Source: Lepidodermella squamata (taxonomy: Eukaryota > Animalia > Gastrotricha). From it: a stretch of DNA of 64,000 bases. Of this stretch, positions 60,383 to 64,000 are shown one piece after another. Position 1 is the stretch's first letter. Every line of letters begins with the position of its first letter. The DNA is taken from contig JBLDXI010000003.1 in NCBI GenBank assembly GCA_047495785.1, forward strand, positions 3,782,001 through 3,846,000. The letters run 5' to 3'. The notes under the pieces were generated by a model. It was given only the letters and a program-made list of their open reading frames with translations, did no database searches and was not told the origin of the DNA. The position numbers and the translations under genes are program-made.

Positions 60383-61157
60383 ATGTCACGTTCCATCAAA
60401 TTCGTTGCGCATGTGACGCGAAGAAGTCTTTCGGCCGCGGAGAAAGCGCCGACCTCTAACGTAGCGACTACAGTCGTTGAATCTGCAGCAGCTGTAGCTG
60501 AAAGTGAAGCGCCGAAGATACCGTTCGCTACTCGGGTTCGCACTGCTCCTCGCCGCGCTGTCACTGCTATCAGTAATTTATATCTGAAACTCGCAATGTC
60601 TCCATTGTAATGTCATTATTATCGCAACAGAAAACTATTTTGTTCAACTCGGCGGTGATTATAAGCGGTCGTTTATCGACTTGGGTAAGGACATGAAAGC
60701 TCGTCCTTTCAAAACCGGTGCGTATATGAGCTTATGCTTGGTGCTTTACGAGTTGTACAAGAGTGCCCCGACAGAAGATGATTATTATGAAAATGTGGTG
60801 AGGTGTTCAAATGATTTGGCTCTGCTCGCACCCGGTAGCCGAAATACTGAAGCAAACGCTCATATTCGCCGGTTAGTCGATGCATTTAACACCGGTGAGG
60901 TGAAACATTGGGGTTTTGGAATTTTCTCCTTAATTTGGATCGATAAATTTGGCAAAGACGACGATACTTACCCGGCTCATTGCTCATATACAAAGTCTAA
61001 GCGGCGAGAAGCGTTTTCTCGCGTAGTCGATTTCGGTTTTGTCAATCGGTGGTTCATGCTCAAGCATAAAATGGCGTATTTTGACGTCGCTGATGATGAG
61101 TTGGAAGATTACATGCAAACTCAGTCATTCACCGATCGACTCATGGTTTATCGCTGA
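60383..61157 (+). CDS. TIMM29: Mitochondrial import inner membrane translocase subunit Tim29; exons 60383-60572, 60631-61157
   Basis: Presequence-like N-terminus; DY...ARP, LALLAPGSRN, GIFSLIW, CSY and RVVDFGFVNRWFML...FDVADDE match the Tim29 family; phase-1 58-nt intron. Confidence 0.85.
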
Positions 61158-61233
61158 TCATCAAACATATTTTGTTTTACAATTAAATTCAATATGTGCC
61201 AATTTATTTGATTTAGGTAATTTTAACCTAGAA

Positions 61234-62100
61234 ATGACGGACAATTCTGCGAAACCGGACGATGATTGCGTGCCGGTTGACGTAACCTTTGCTAAATTAG
61301 GGCTGAATGACTGGTTAGTCAAGCAGTGCCGAGTTTTCGGCCTGAGTCTTCCTACCCCGGTTCAAGCCGCTGTTATCCCGCCTATTCTTGAAGGCCGCGA
61401 TATTATGGCTTGCGCGAAGACTGGGAGTGGAAAAACTGCGGCTTTTGCCCTGCCGATACTTCAAAAACTATGCGAAGAACCGTACGGAATTTTTGCCATT
61501 GTGATCACTCCAACTCGAGAATTGGCCTTTCAAATCTCGGAACAGTTCAAGGTTCTCGGAAAACCTATTAATTTGAAAGCCGTTGTTATTACGGGTGGGC
61601 GAGACATGGTACAACAAGGCTTGGAGCTGTCAGCTAAGCCGCATGTGCTCATAGCTACGCCGGGTCGCTTAGCCGATCATTTAAGCAGCTGTAATACGTT
61701 TTCTCTCGCTCGCGTGAAATTCGTTGTTCTCGATGAGTGCGATAGGCTGCTAGAAGACGCTTTTGGCGAGCAGCTAGCTACGATTTTCGCAGCGCTACCG
61801 GCAAAACGACAAACCCTCTTATTCTCAGCCACCTTAACCGACACGCTGAAAAATTTACCGTCTTTATCCGCGAGTAAACCATTTACTTGGATTTCGAAAA
61901 GCTTGTTAGTTTGTGAAACTGAGTTTTTATTTGTTATATTAATGATATAATAAATTTAGGGTGGCTACTGTTTCTACGCTCGATCAACGATTCGTCCTTA
62001 CGCCAGCCCATGTCAAAGACGCGTATCTCGTGCATATTTTGAAACAGTATCTTGAAGAAAACAAAACGAGTTCGATCATGATCTTCACTAATGTTTGCAA
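61234..62100 (+). CDS. DDX49: DEAD-box RNA helicase DDX49/Dbp8, 5' part; exons 61234-61904, 61960-62100; remainder outside the window
   Basis: Q motif (FAKLGL...PTPVQ), AKTGSGKTAAF, EEPYGIFA, PTRELAFQI, TPGRLADH, DECD, SAT; exon 2 LDQRFVLTPAHVKDAYLV...IFTNVC ends at a GTAAGT donor. Confidence 0.88.
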
Positions 62101-62117
62101 GTAAGTCAAGCTTGATA

Positions 62118-64000
62118 CTAGGTGACATATCTCACAAAGCATGTTGGAATCAAATTGTTTTTGTGGCTAGCGATATTTAGCCCGACTAGAGCGCGGTGGG
62201 CTTTCATAGTCAAAACAACCGCCTGTGTGTCGGGTAGATAGTCTTTGATTTTACTGGCGACTGAAATTATCGAAGAAGTCGTGCTTGATTGGCTAGTTGT
62301 CGATTGCCGCGAATAGGCCGACATCTGTCTGTTGGGCGTTTGAATTGAATCGCGACTCGGCGGTGTCGTTTGGCCTCTTTGTTTCCGTTCTTCCGCTAAC
62401 AATTTTACCTGATTAGCGCGAACAACACATCGAAAATCGACTCGAATCAGAATAGCCAATCGCCAGCGGAGGAAGTGATTGATGTTAGTTGAAAACTCTT
62501 CACGGGTGTGCATAATGTCCAACAGGTTGTTCAGCGTCCGTGGCTGATAGAACGTGACACATTTTGTCTCGGTGTGATCGAAAACCATGGTTCTAAACAT
62601 CATCAGAATCACATGACTGTTAATTATCTCAAGTATTGATTACCTGCTTATGCTCTCAGGAATATCGGCGAGGGATATAATTAACTCGCCTAAAAAGCTG
62701 TCACATGCCAGGCGTTTTCGCCACACTTCGATTACAAGTACGTTCGATGGCTGCACTAACTGCTCGCTGGTTAATCCAGAGCTGATCAAAAACACGGCAA
62801 AAAATGAGTGGAAAACTAATTTTGTCATTAACTTACAATTCATAAGTCTCGAATTCTCGCGATTCATGCCGGTTTTGCGTGCCTTTGGTCATCTCCACAT
62901 TTTCGAATTCAAAGTCCGGTTTCAGAGAAACGCGGAAATAGTAGTTCGTATCGTTTATACAAACCATTGTCAATCCATGGACTGAAAAGAAAAATCATAT
63001 TAAAATCAATCTCCCTTGAAATTTCTCGACTTACTAGCTAGAACAACCATTCCGTCTGATGAAATCTTGCCAACTTGCAAATAGATCTCGCCCTCGGGTA
63101 GTGGCTCGTTTTCTACATCGTTCTGAAAGTGTTTAACCGACTGTCGACGGCCTTTTTTCTGCGTCAATTGGCTCTCGTCACAATTGGTTACGTTCGTCAA
63201 ATAGGTTCTAATCAGATCCTTACAATTCTGGGCCCGGGTGTTTAGTTCAATTATCAACTGCTTGTACGTCTCGTTTTCTTGTAGACGGCGCGGGAAAATG
63301 ACGATTTGCGACGTTTGAATTTCAGAGAAAATTTGCTCCAAATCGTAGATTGTCCGCAAAACTCGGCTGTAATAATCGGGTCGACGGCCTTTCAACGCCA
63401 GATTACTCTTTATCAAAACGCACAAGTACGACCAGGTCGTGAAAACGCATCGAACCGCCAACTCGCCCTCCAAATTTGACAAAATCTGCTGTAGGAATTC
63501 ATTGATAGCCGCGATCAAAGCATCGCCACTTGCTGCACTTGCTTGATCCAGGAAATCTGCTACGTAATGTTCATGCTTATCCGCCGTGATCTTCGCATGA
63601 GCTTCGATGCTTCTTGAAATTATTGATGTCAGATTAAGGCGGCAGTTTTCAATCAACTCGCGGGTTAGTTGCTCCTCTTTCCGCGGAATTCTGATATCGT
63701 CGTCTTGTTCCGAGAAAATACCTGTGTCTCGGGAAGCATACGTACTACGGCCCATGGATCGATCGTCGAGTTCGATTGCTTGGTCGACAACAGTGTTTGT
63801 CTCCAATTTCCGCCAGATTTCCTCGCTTACGTACTGAATATTGCTGAGGGCTCGCATTAGCCGTTCGCTCAGTTCTTTCGCTTCTTTCAGCTCCAACTCG
63901 CTTGTCGACGACTTGCGCCTTGTTTTCGGCATTTCGTCTTGGTAGTAGCTGTCGATGCGCGTTTTATCGACGACGATGACGTGGGCTTGTTTAATAATCG
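62118..64000 (-). CDS. Munc13-4/BAIAP3-like MHD2 plus C2 domain protein, 3' part; exons >63932-63035, 62981-62837, 62781-62644, 62592-62118
   Basis: Helical MHD2-like segment (WSYLC...GRRPDYYSRV...LEQIF...YKQL..EL...DLIRTY) followed by a divergent C2 domain (VLVIEVW...DSFLGELIISLADIP); phase-consistent introns of about 51-55 nt. Confidence 0.6.

Noticed and set aside
61039-61233. N-terminal extension of the DDX49 ORF overlapping TIMM29
   Set aside because: It starts at a non-ATG codon within TIMM29; helicase homology begins after the ATG at 61234.

Overview
This is eukaryotic, invertebrate-animal-type genomic DNA with many 45-70 nt GT-AG introns, so the ORF track splits most genes. I rebuilt the gene models by hand from splice sites and codon phase. 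In order, the window holds: (1) the 3' end of a Pro/Glu/Val/Lys-rich gene; (2) a 5-exon BARP/CBARP-like single-pass protein; (3) an 11-exon IgGFc-binding/collagen/EGF/TM mosaic gene; (4) two small convergent single-pass TM genes; (5) a GABA-B-like class C GPCR broken by a 5-bp duplication; (6) an intronless choline-monooxygenase-like Rieske oxygenase; (7) a collagen-EGF-TM gene; (8) a tandemly duplicated block at about 35.5-52 kb; (9) a transposon-rich stretch at 52-59 kb; (10) TIMM29 and DDX49 only 76 bp apart, with an antisense Munc13/BAIAP3-like gene apparently nested in a DDX49 intron. The duplicated block contains cathepsin L, a secreted bacterial-type lysozyme-fold gene, and the most striking feature. 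That feature is a Cys-loop ligand-gated ion channel fused in-frame to two N-terminal L-type (legume-like) lectin domains and a mucin stalk. It is present as one intact copy and one copy interrupted by a CACTA element. No database searches were run, so family calls rest on motifs recognised by eye.
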